Source: Synergistales bacterium (GTDB lineage Bacteria > Synergistota > Synergistia > Synergistales > JAFGMB01). Taken from it: DNA of 64,000 nt. The translations under genes and the position numbers were made by a program. Location of the stretch: positions 864,001 to 928,000 of the forward strand of contig OY762654.1 in the NCBI GenBank assembly GCA_963666205.1. Direction: 5' to 3'. The notes below the pieces were generated by a model. It was given only the letters and a program-made list of their open reading frames with translations, was not told where the DNA came from and searched no databases. Position 1 is the stretch's first letter. Each line of letters starts with the position of its first letter. Shown here one piece after another: positions 18,787 to 27,417 of this stretch.

Positions 18787-20529
18787 ATGTTCAGGATAAG
18801 ACGGGTACTTGATGACATTATTCCTGTCAACAGGGACGCGATCATACAGGTTCAACAGATGACAAGGGCTCAGTTTCCCGATATTCGGGAAACTGAGGTG
18901 GAAAAGATCCCTGATATGCTCAGAAATTCCCTTAAGTACGGATTTCAGACCATTCTTCTTATCGCCGAGGGAGAGGCAAGAAAGATCATGGGTTTTGCTC
19001 TTCTTCTCTATGATCCCCTTCTTCGTTATGCCTACCTTGATTTTATAGCGGCTGGACTGCCCCTCACGGGCAGAGGGCTTGGAAGCATCCTCTATGAAAG
19101 GATCCGAAAGGAATCACTGGAACTTGGTGCAAAGGGACTCTTTTTTGAGTGTCTTCCTGACGACCCTCTTTTGTCCAGAAATGAGGATACCCGAAAACAG
19201 AATGAATCCCGTCTTCGTTTTTACGAAAGGTATGGAGCCAGGCCGATCATTAACACACTTTACGAAACTCCCCTTACTGCTGAAGGCGATAATCCGCCAT
19301 ACCTTGTATTTGACCCTCTGGGCCAGGAAACCCCCTTGAGAAAGAACAGGGCTCGCCTGATCGTTCGTTCCATTCTCGAGAAGAAATACCCGGACCTGTG
19401 CACCCCTGAGTATACAGCAATGGTAGTATCCTCCTTCAAGGATGACCCGGTAAGGATCCGTCCACCCAGATATATAAAGGAACTTGCAAAAACTAATGTT
19501 CCAAGGGAAATACCGGAGGATGAAAAAATAGTCCTTGTGATCAATTCCGGTCATGAGATCCATCACGTGAGGGAAAGAGGATACGTGGAATCTCCTGTGA
19601 GGATAAGTGCAATTTTAAAGGAGATCGAAAACACAGGCCTTTTTATGACCAGAAAGGCCAGGCACTTTGGAAGGTCCTGGGTAACAAGTGTTCATGACAA
19701 AGATTTCATAAACTACCTTGAAAAGATCTGCCTCGGGGTCGATGGAGACAGATCTGTTTATCCCTATGTATTCCCCATAAGGAACAATGCCCGGCCGCCA
19801 AAGGAACTTTCTGTTCGTGCAGGTTACTACTGCATAGACACCTTTACCCCCTTGAACAGAAATGCCTATCTGGCAGCAAGAAATGCCGTAGACTGCACCC
19901 TGACCTGTGCCCAGTCTCTATTGAGTGGGACCCACCTCGCCTATTCCCTCGTCAGACCCCCGGGACACCATGCAGAAAGGAGAAGCTTTGGAGGATTCTG
20001 CTATCTTAACAGCACTGCCATAGCAGCCCAGTATCTTTCGGGAAAAGGACGAGTAGTCATCCTGGACATGGACTACCATCATGGCAACGGGCAGCAGAAC
20101 ATATTTTATAAGAGAAAGGATGTATTCACCATATCGATACATGGTCATCCATCCTTTGCATATCCCTACTTCAGCGGATTTAACGACGAAAAAGGACTTT
20201 TTGAAGGAGAAGGCTTTAATCTCAACATTCCTCTTGGAGAACAGGTCCACGGTGAAATATACAGAGAAGCCCTTAAAAAAGCACTGAAAAGAGTAAAAGA
20301 ATATGATCCTGATTTTCTGATCATAGCCCTTGGGCTGGACATATCGAGAAAAGACCCTACTGGAACGTGGGATCTTTTAGCAAAGGATTTTTTCCTTAAC
20401 GGAAAACTGGTAGGAAAATTGAATCGGCCAACCCTGGTAGTCCAGGAAGGCGGCTATAACACAAGGGTTCTCGGTCAGAACGCAAGAAATTTTTTCACAG
20501 GCCTCTGGCAGGGAGCATACAGGGATTAG
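18787..20529 (+). CDS. Fusion of GNAT-like domain and histone-deacetylase/acetylpolyamine amidohydrolase domain
   Basis: N-terminal YLDFIAA..TGRGLGSILY..RFYERYG; C-terminal RPPGHHA, GGFCYLN, DMDYHHGNG, ALGLD, QEGGY. Confidence 0.9.
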   Translation: MFRIRRVLDDIIPVNRDAIIQVQQMTRAQFPDIRETEVEKIPDMLRNSLKYGFQTILLIAEGEARKIMGFALLLYDPLLRYAYLDFIAAGLPLTGRGLGSILYERIRKESLELGAKGLFFECLPDDPLLSRNEDTRKQNESRLRFYERYGARPIINTLYETPLTAEGDNPPYLVFDPLGQETPLRKNRARLIVRSILEKKYPDLCTPEYTAMVVSSFKDDPVRIRPPRYIKELAKTNVPREIPEDEKIVLVINSGHEIHHVRERGYVESPVRISAILKEIENTGLFMTRKARHFGRSWVTSVHDKDFINYLEKICLGVDGDRSVYPYVFPIRNNARPPKELSVRAGYYCIDTFTPLNRNAYLAARNAVDCTLTCAQSLLSGTHLAYSLVRPPGHHAERRSFGGFCYLNSTAIAAQYLSGKGRVVILDMDYHHGNGQQNIFYKRKDVFTISIHGHPSFAYPYFSGFNDEKGLFEGEGFNLNIPLGEQVHGEIYREALKKALKRVKEYDPDFLIIALGLDISRKDPTGTWDLLAKDFFLNGKLVGKLNRPTLVVQEGGYNTRVLGQNARNFFTGLWQGAYRD

Positions 20530-20559
20530 TTGAACCCGAAAACTCAGCACTATCACCTT

Positions 20560-20852
20560 TTACTACAGCTGATAGTCGAGTTCCTGGCAGCATATGCCGA
20601 TAACGGGACATGATCATGGGGATGGTGCCGCTGTATGTGGAGGTGGGGAGATAGTGGTTTTATGATGATCCTGCCCTTATTGCCGGTGATAATACTGTTC
20701 TATTTTTTTATGAAGGCCCGCTCCGGCAAGGAGAACGAAGTACCCAGACCTATACACCTCTGGAGATACTTAAGAAACGTTACGCACAGGGCGAAATAAC
20801 AAAAGAGCAATTCGAAGAGATGAAAAAGGAACTGCAAGGCATGGAACAATAG
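20560..20852 (+). pseudogene. Degraded SHOCT-domain small membrane protein
   Basis: Frame A ...FLAAYADNGT*SWGWCRCMWRWGDSGFMMILPLLPVIILFYFFMKAR; shifted frame B TPLEILKKRYAQGEITKEQFEEMKKELQGMEQ* (SHOCT pattern); one TGA (20611) and one frameshift. Confidence 0.7.
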
Positions 20853-20883
20853 ATCCATTCGGGCAGTATTATTTTATATTTCG

Positions 20884-20923
20884 AAAACGGGGAATTCGTC
20901 TTTGCTGGTGAACTCCCCGTTTT
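20884..20923. terminator. Bidirectional hairpin
   Basis: AAAACGGGGA.TTC...GAACTCCCCGTTTT. Confidence 0.65.
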
Positions 20924-20931
20924 GGTTCAAC

Positions 20932-20967
20932 AAAAAACATCCCCGGGCTTGGACCCCCAGGGATGTT
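20932..20967 (-). terminator. Intrinsic terminator directly 3' of the orphan GEMM aptamer
   Basis: Minus strand AACATCCCTGGG-loop-CCCGGGGATGTT TTTT. Confidence 0.7.
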
Positions 20968-20969
20968 AT

Positions 20970-21121
20970 TCTTTAAAGGCAGCCCGGCCGGCCTGACTGT
21001 CGGTTTTACATTCAACCCAAAGAAACCTTACTCTTGCAAGATTCCTTTGAATATAAAATCCGTTTTAGTCCCGTGGCTTTGCGCCACCGTCTTTTGACGG
21101 CTTCGCTCTTATCTTTAAAGA
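20970..21121 (-). ncRNA. GEMM-I (c-di-GMP-I class) riboswitch aptamer variant, no downstream ORF
   Basis: Minus strand: TCTTTAAAG(P1)..A-GCGAAGCCGTC-AAAA-GACGGTGGCGCAAAGCCACGGGACTAA...[long hairpin]...GGCCGGGCTGC-CTTTAAAGA(P1). Confidence 0.75.
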
Positions 21122-21128
21122 GTACCTC

Positions 21129-21156
21129 ATTATACTTCTAATCTGATGAATTGCAA
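21129..21156 (-). promoter_or_regulatory. Sigma70-type promoter driving the orphan GEMM RNA
   Basis: Minus strand TTGCAA-16-TATAAT, about 7 nt upstream of P1. Confidence 0.6.
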
Positions 21157-21364
21157 CTGATTCACATGGATATCTCCGGGGAATAGCCTCCATTATATAT
21201 TTATATTCCACTCTAACTGTTTATCCCGTCTGTTTTCGATAAAAACAGGGAAAACCCGGCAAATCCTTTAAAAATAGAATAACTGCTACACCTGAGAGCT
21301 GGAATTTTTTTCTGAGACTTCAACACGATGATACAGACAGGTGATCCTGTGTTAAAATAATTTC

Positions 21365-21733
21365 ATGAATGACGAAGAAATGACTCTTGGACTCTTTATC
21401 AAGTTTCTGGCAAAGTACTCCAGCATTCTAGCCGTTTTATTTATCGTTATGATCTCCTTCAGCAAGGGACACATTCCTCAAAGCCCTTCAATGGATGATC
21501 TTGGGCTTTTTCTCTGTTTTCCTGTAGGTGTATCCATAGGCCTGCTTTTAGCTCTTAAATATGAAGGAATAGGCGGCCTTGTAACCATTACTTCCATCGT
21601 GATCTTTTATGCCTTTAATTCATATCTCTGGGGTAATTACCCCGATGAATCCTACTACCTGATCCTCTCCTTCCCATCTGTCCTCTCTCTTCTCTCATGC
21701 CTGTTGAACGACCCGGATTTCAGCAACAGGTAA
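21365..21733 (+). CDS. Hypothetical membrane protein (about 4 TM)
   Basis: Four hydrophobic segments; no recognised motif. Confidence 0.65.
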   Translation: MNDEEMTLGLFIKFLAKYSSILAVLFIVMISFSKGHIPQSPSMDDLGLFLCFPVGVSIGLLLALKYEGIGGLVTITSIVIFYAFNSYLWGNYPDESYYLILSFPSVLSLLSCLLNDPDFSNR

Positions 21734-21775
21734 CAGGGAATTTACCCCCCTTCATTCCAGATTGTCTGGAATGGT

Positions 21776-22204
21776 TCAACCCTGGAAAAATGCAAGGGTA
21801 AATTTGCGGCAGTAATCCATGAAGATTCCGTAGGGCCTTCCGGCGACAGCAAAGATAAGGGTCATCATTATAGTGGAAATAATGATCTGGTTAACAGAAG
21901 CATGGGCCAGTAACAGAACTAATACATAAAGGGGCAGTTGAAAAGAAATAAATGCCGCAGTATCTCCCAGGGCTGTCTGGATAAATGAGTCCACCTTCAG
22001 ATCAAACCTTGTGAAAAGCATATCCCTGTAACAGCCATACAGTCTTCCTGTGAGAAGATTTGTAGGTACAGCGGCAGCCCTTGCAACCAGTGACTGCATA
22101 ACTGTCATTCCGGCCGCAAAGATCTCGATCATCATACACATGGCAGTTGAAAAAAGGATCATGGCAACTGTATCTGCTAACAGCATTTTCCATGATCTAT
22201 TCAT
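21776..22204 (-). CDS. alaE: L-alanine exporter AlaE-like
   Basis: ADT.AM..F..GMT..QSL..R....P.N....R.YG.YRD, DT.AF.SFQ.PLY; AGGTG RBS before ATG 22204. Confidence 0.8.
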   Translation of the reverse strand: MNRSWKMLLADTVAMILFSTAMCMMIEIFAAGMTVMQSLVARAAAVPTNLLTGRLYGCYRDMLFTRFDLKVDSFIQTALGDTAAFISFQLPLYVLVLLLAHASVNQIIISTIMMTLIFAVAGRPYGIFMDYCRKFTLAFFQG

Positions 22205-22658
22205 ATACTTATCACCTGCTTCCCATGACGTATAAGAGAACACAACAACCGATCCGGAACAGCAAAACACATCTATGCCGATATGATATCCCTTGATACA
22301 GATGAAGATGGGATAGATCGGGACTTAATCAATTACTATGACCAGAAGGAAGAGAAGTAAGGAAATGATCAGTTCCGATAATATCATGTAATTACAGGGC
22401 TCTCCACATCTATCCTATCGATGAATGCAAATCTGATCGGTCCTGAAGGCCAGTATATGACCTGCTATCTCCTGAATGAACCACTGGAAGATCCCGTAAA
22501 GGAATCCTGAAAATACATTACGAAAATATTCATTACCCGGGCAGAATATGTGATCGAAGAGGATAAGAATATAAATATGTATTTCTCCCTGTTTTATGCT
22601 AAATTAAATGCAACTTCAGTGTAATGGTAAAATCCTTGAAGTGGAGGCCTGTCTTTAC

Positions 22659-23240
22659 ATGTCGTTAAAGAAGGAACCTATACCGGAACAGGATGCAGCA
22701 TATCTTTTTGTAAAGGAAATATTTTTCAACATTAATGAAAACTGGAAAGAAATACGAAGGTGGCTGGAAGAGCTGGGTAATTATTCTGACCTCGGTTTTT
22801 CAGATCACAGGAAAATCCTGGAGATAGGTCTGAATGACGAACAGGCCTGCTGTGAATTTTCACTTGCCATTCTTGCAATGGAGGTCATGAAGTTCCCACC
22901 TGAGGTTACAGGAGAAAGAAAAGACATAATTCTTGAGGGTATTTATAAGGAGCTGGCCACACTGGATTCAATTGAGGGAAATCCTTCCTGCCATCTGGAA
23001 CGGGTCCAGACATACCTGTTTCTTTCAGGTAGTACCGGGGAAGAATCAGGATCTGCACTCTCGAAAGAAAAAATGCTCTACTATTTTTACAGGAGTATGG
23101 GTATAAAAAATAAAAACGGCTGGGGAGATATATTCCTTGCCTCCAGACTGGAAGACCTGCTCATGGCATGCATTGGGGACAACTGGAAGATCTTCCATAA
23201 AAGTTTTGTCCCATCCAGGGAAAACAGGAACTTATCCTGA
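22659..23240 (+). CDS. Hypothetical protein
   Basis: Long ORF with GGAGG RBS; no recognised motif. Confidence 0.6.
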   Translation: MSLKKEPIPEQDAAYLFVKEIFFNINENWKEIRRWLEELGNYSDLGFSDHRKILEIGLNDEQACCEFSLAILAMEVMKFPPEVTGERKDIILEGIYKELATLDSIEGNPSCHLERVQTYLFLSGSTGEESGSALSKEKMLYYFYRSMGIKNKNGWGDIFLASRLEDLLMACIGDNWKIFHKSFVPSRENRNLS

Positions 23241-23594
23241 TATGCATTTTTTCAGTTCTGACATAACCATCCGGCTATCCACAATAAGGGTATAAAGAAG
23301 GACCATGTACTGGATACCGAATATGATGGATTCGAGCATGAAGAAACTTCCCGGTTCAGGGAAAAAGATCAGCAGAGGAGTCAGCATGGCCGAAAGGGCA
23401 AGTAACAGATATCGTATGACGGTGGTTCTTTTGCCATTCCTGCAACGGACCAGGTTAGCCAGTTTCAATAAACAGAAAACAAGGAAAATATCTGCCACAC
23501 TCCAGATCAGACCCTGCATGACCGTGAGCCTGATATATTCAGCCCTTGTAAAAGATCTTCCTATCAGGAGAATGAGTTTTTCAGACATCCCCAT
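23232..23594 (-). CDS. Hypothetical membrane protein (3 TM)
   Basis: Hydrophobic helices; overlaps the stop of the upstream gene; RBS present. Confidence 0.7.
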   Translation of the reverse strand: MGMSEKLILLIGRSFTRAEYIRLTVMQGLIWSVADIFLVFCLLKLANLVRCRNGKRTTVIRYLLLALSAMLTPLLIFFPEPGSFFMLESIIFGIQYMVLLYTLIVDSRMVMSELKKCISG

Positions 23595-24225
23595 ATCCCC
23601 TTCCCTCTTTTTTTAAAAACCTGTATATTCTCCAGCCCAGAAGAGCAACTATCCATTCAAAAAGAATCCAGAAAAACCCGCAGATCTTTATATAAAAGCG
23701 TGAAATGTTCATTACAGCTTTCCAGCCCATGGCACCTTTAAGTACTACTCTTAAAAAGGAAACTTCATAAAATATGTAGAAGAGCAGAAAAACTGTTATG
23801 AACGAAACCATCAGTGGATCCATCCTGTTGTTTGAGGGTGTTTTCATCTTTATTAATAAACCCTCTATCCTGAGAACATAGATGGTGATCGCCCCTTCTA
23901 TTAGAACCCAGAAGGTGCAGAAGAGTCGCCAGAGGGAAGAATGGTAATAAGAGCGAAGGGGGTATGATGATGCAACAGACCCTGGAAATACCTTCGACAG
24001 GATAAGGTCCTGGCTGAATGTCAGAAGAATAAGAAACAGGAACCCTGATGAAAGGACAAGGATAAACGGTTTCTGACTCCTCATGCTTTTAACAGGTATA
24101 AGGTAGTAATATCCCCACCTTACAAAAACAAGGCAGAAGGCTTCGGCAAAAAGCCAGAAAAGCCCCATGAACCTGGTGAAAATAAGGGTATCCCTGATCA
24201 TGAAAAACTTAAGCATTTCATTCAT
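23581..24225 (-). CDS. Hypothetical membrane protein (5 TM) with repeated FW..xE helices
   Basis: GLFWLFAE / TFWVLIE / GFFWILFE. Confidence 0.7.
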   Translation of the reverse strand: MNEMLKFFMIRDTLIFTRFMGLFWLFAEAFCLVFVRWGYYYLIPVKSMRSQKPFILVLSSGFLFLILLTFSQDLILSKVFPGSVASSYPLRSYYHSSLWRLFCTFWVLIEGAITIYVLRIEGLLIKMKTPSNNRMDPLMVSFITVFLLFYIFYEVSFLRVVLKGAMGWKAVMNISRFYIKICGFFWILFEWIVALLGWRIYRFLKKEGRGYGDV

Positions 24226-24441
24226 ATCCTATTACTATCCTCACAATATTTACCAGCTCCTGATTCATCACTTCAGTCCAATAAAATTAATAATACCATA
24301 ATACTGATAGTACTGATCGCAGGAAGGAAAGACACGGCCATTCACGCTTCATCACGCTAGTGGTATAATGCAATAAAATAGTATTTCTAATGCTGTTTCT
24401 ATGGAGATGGGTTGTCTTTGTACGAGAAAGAGGTGGGTGGC

Positions 24442-24777
24442 ATGAAAAAAACATTTTTTATTGTTTGTTTCTTGATTTTTCTAACGCCCCTTGGTGTGCA
24501 TGCTTATGTCCACACTCCCCCTTCGGAGAAATTTGAGCTCGAAAGGCTTGCCTTCCTCATTAATTCTGAAACAGGAAACTTCAATGGCACATCCCTTCGG
24601 GCTTATGATAAATCTTTTCTTACGGTTTCCATGAGACCTTTCCTCAGCATACAGAACCAGGCCAACTTTTTCACGCAGAATCTGTTTAACACCTTCTATC
24701 CATTCGAGAACTACAGACCTGAAAGGATTGAGGTTGACTTTCATCCCTCTTCCTCCAGGCTGGTATTGACCTACTGA
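24442..24777 (+). CDS. Hypothetical exported protein
   Basis: MKKTFFIVCFLIFLTPLGVHA signal peptide; GAGGTG RBS. Confidence 0.65.
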   Translation: MKKTFFIVCFLIFLTPLGVHAYVHTPPSEKFELERLAFLINSETGNFNGTSLRAYDKSFLTVSMRPFLSIQNQANFFTQNLFNTFYPFENYRPERIEVDFHPSSSRLVLTY

Positions 24778-24791
24778 GATTCACCAGGCGC

Positions 24792-24837
24792 AAGTACAGA
24801 GGAGCCGGCAGATGATCCTGCCGGCTCCTCTGTACTT
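24792..24837. terminator. Perfect hairpin between convergent genes
   Basis: AAGTACAGAGGAGCCGGCAG...CTGCCGGCTCCTCTGTACTT. Confidence 0.8.
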
Positions 24838-24861
24838 CAATATTCACATCTTTCTGGAATT

Positions 24862-25872
24862 CTACTTACCCGATTCAAGAGCATCTTCAACTCTCTCGAT
24901 CACGCCGGAATGTTCGGCAGGGATCCACTTGTGCCAGTGATCCCTGTTATTCCTTAGAAACCATCGGGCCGCAAGATCTGCATCGGAATCATTATCATGT
25001 ATGAACAGGAGGGCTGTCCTGTTCTGCTCAAGGGTTGTGGCATAATTACTTAAAAATGCCGAGACCTCAGGTTCCCTTTGAACAAAAGTGCTGTTAGCAA
25101 CAACGAAAGATGTTCCTTTTACCCATTCACAGGCATATCCCTTCTTCTCGTTCCACAGGTCCATATCAAAGGGAGGCTCCTCCAGCAATGTAAAATCGTA
25201 CAACCCCATTAGCCACGTGGGATCCCAGAAATAAAAAAGAACAGGCTTTCCCTTTTTATAATTGGACACAACTTCACCTATAAGTACAGTAGTACCTCCT
25301 GTCGGGAAAGATACAAAGTACTTATCCAGACCATAGGCCTGTAATTTAGCCATGTTAACCCCGTAGGCCATCCAGCTGGGAGGACCATTGAGGAATCGGC
25401 CCTTATTCTTCACCTCAGGGTCCCGGAAGATTTCCCAGTACTTTGCAAGATCATGGACAGATCTCAGGTCTGGAGCCATTGGTTCTATTCCCCGCTCGGG
25501 ATCACCTTTGACAACATAGGTCGGGACATACCAGCCCTGGCTTCCGCCGTCGTAATTGACTGAAAGCTTTACAACGGCTCCACTATCCCTTGCCTTATCC
25601 CACCATTCTTTACAGTTATTAGGCCAAAGGTCCATGTATATGTCAATATCACCCTTCTCCAGCCCTACAAGTCCTGCTATATGCTCAACAAAGAGCTGTT
25701 CCACCTTCTTTTCGTAACCATTTTCTATGATAAACCCCGCGACCCTGTCATGAAAACGAACGAGATCCCAGCCATAATCTGCAAAGGTTATCAATTCTCC
25801 GGGTGCAGCAAATGCAGATAAACAAGAAAGAAGAACCATCATCAATCCAATACAAATCCTTATCAGTTTCAT
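24862..25872 (-). CDS. Glycine betaine/proline ABC transporter substrate-binding protein (ProX-like), no adjacent permease
   Basis: Signal peptide, GDIDIYMDLW, GWYVPTYVV.GD..RGI.P.APDL, FYFWDPTW, AARWFL. Confidence 0.85.
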   Translation of the reverse strand: MKLIRICIGLMMVLLSCLSAFAAPGELITFADYGWDLVRFHDRVAGFIIENGYEKKVEQLFVEHIAGLVGLEKGDIDIYMDLWPNNCKEWWDKARDSGAVVKLSVNYDGGSQGWYVPTYVVKGDPERGIEPMAPDLRSVHDLAKYWEIFRDPEVKNKGRFLNGPPSWMAYGVNMAKLQAYGLDKYFVSFPTGGTTVLIGEVVSNYKKGKPVLFYFWDPTWLMGLYDFTLLEEPPFDMDLWNEKKGYACEWVKGTSFVVANSTFVQREPEVSAFLSNYATTLEQNRTALLFIHDNDSDADLAARWFLRNNRDHWHKWIPAEHSGVIERVEDALESGK

Positions 25873-26268
25873 TAAAACACCTCCCGCTCAAGACTTAATA
25901 TTGCAACTCTTCATTGTATTAACTGATAATATAGTAACATATTTATTCCTCAAAGACTTCCAGTATTTTTCTGAAGTCTGCCATAACATTCTTAGATATG
26001 AACATTTCTTCCTGGCAGAAAGGATTTGGAGAGAACCAGGTTCATATCTGCCTGTTGTTTTGCTTAATCCGGCAGTTCTCAATCCAGGATCATGGAAACA
26101 TAAACCTGAAAATGGTGTAAAATGTCCATTTAAGAAGATATCCGAAGATCCAGACTGTAAAGATGCCCTGCATACAATGCAAAACTGCTTGTTAATGGGT
26201 AGTTCTACAGGGAATGGCATCTTTCATTGTGTAGATCATAAATCCATCTTCCAGGGAGTGAACCAGAC

Positions 26269-27390
26269 TTGAACAGATCGGACCTTAAGGCAACCAGAAG
26301 ACTGGTAATAAAGATCGGGACCAGTTCCATAACCCATGAATCTGGAAAGTTGAACCTCATGGTAATGGAAACCCTTGCCAGAGAGATGGCTGACCTCCAC
26401 AACAGGGGGATAGAAGTACTCCTTATAAGCTCAGGGGCAGTAGGGGCAGGAGTAGGGACCCTGGATTACAGGGAACCTGTTCAAACCCTACCGGTCAAAC
26501 AGGCTCTGGCCGCCGTGGGTCAGGGCACATTGATGCATATGTACGAGAAATTCTTTTCAGAATATAGTAAAAAGGTTGCCCAGGTTCTTCTGACCCGCGA
26601 CGTTTTTGATGATCGCCTAAGATACCTGAATGGTAGAAACACCCTGCTCTCTCTACTCAGCCTAGGGGTGATACCTATCATCAATGAAAACGACACGGTA
26701 GCTGTAGAGGAACTCAGATTTGGTGATAATGACACCCTTTCTTCCATGGTCGCATGTATTGTAAATGCAGAGCTTCTGGTAATCCTTTCAGATATAGATG
26801 GACTCTACGATTCAGATCCCAGGAACAATGCCCATGCCAGGCTGTTATACGAAGTCGGGGAAATCACTGAAGACATGGAAATCAATTCCAGAAGTAAGGG
26901 AAGCGCCCTTTCAACAGGGGGTATGTTTACGAAGCTGATGGCAGCCAGGATGGCCATGAGTTCAGGCATACCCATGGTAATAGCCAACAGCAGGGAAAAG
27001 GACATCATCAGGAAAATAGTAAATGGAGAAAAGAAGGGAACCATGTTCATACCCTCAGGGGACAGAATACAGGCGAGAAAACACTGGATAGCATTCGGGA
27101 GCCTTTCCCATGGTCGTATCAGGATAGATAATGGAGCTCAGGAAGCCCTTGTCCATTATGGCAAAAGTCTTCTGCCCTCGGGAATAATTGACGCGGAAGG
27201 AGAATTTGACAGGGGTACTATCATATCTGTCATCTCGGACAGATATAAGGAAATTGCACGAGGGATAGTCAACTTTTCCTCTGAAGAAATACGGCTGATA
27301 AAGGGAAAGCAGACTGATGAGATAGAAAGTATCCTTGGATCGAAGGATTATGATGAAGTAATTCACAGGGATAATCTGACCATCATGTAA
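26269..27390 (+). CDS. proB: Glutamate 5-kinase with PUA domain
   Basis: VIKIGTSS, SSGAVGAG, QALAAVGQ, PIINENDTV, FGDNDTLS, TGGMFTK, VIHRDNL. Confidence 0.97.
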   Translation: MNRSDLKATRRLVIKIGTSSITHESGKLNLMVMETLAREMADLHNRGIEVLLISSGAVGAGVGTLDYREPVQTLPVKQALAAVGQGTLMHMYEKFFSEYSKKVAQVLLTRDVFDDRLRYLNGRNTLLSLLSLGVIPIINENDTVAVEELRFGDNDTLSSMVACIVNAELLVILSDIDGLYDSDPRNNAHARLLYEVGEITEDMEINSRSKGSALSTGGMFTKLMAARMAMSSGIPMVIANSREKDIIRKIVNGEKKGTMFIPSGDRIQARKHWIAFGSLSHGRIRIDNGAQEALVHYGKSLLPSGIIDAEGEFDRGTIISVISDRYKEIARGIVNFSSEEIRLIKGKQTDEIESILGSKDYDEVIHRDNLTIM

Positions 27391-27417
27391 AACCCGGTCT
27401 GAAAGAGAGGTTAAATA

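Noticed and set aside
25888-26272. Overlapping 110-123 aa ORFs on both strands between proX-like and proB
   Set aside because: No motifs, mutually overlapping, and located in a divergent promoter region; treated as spurious.
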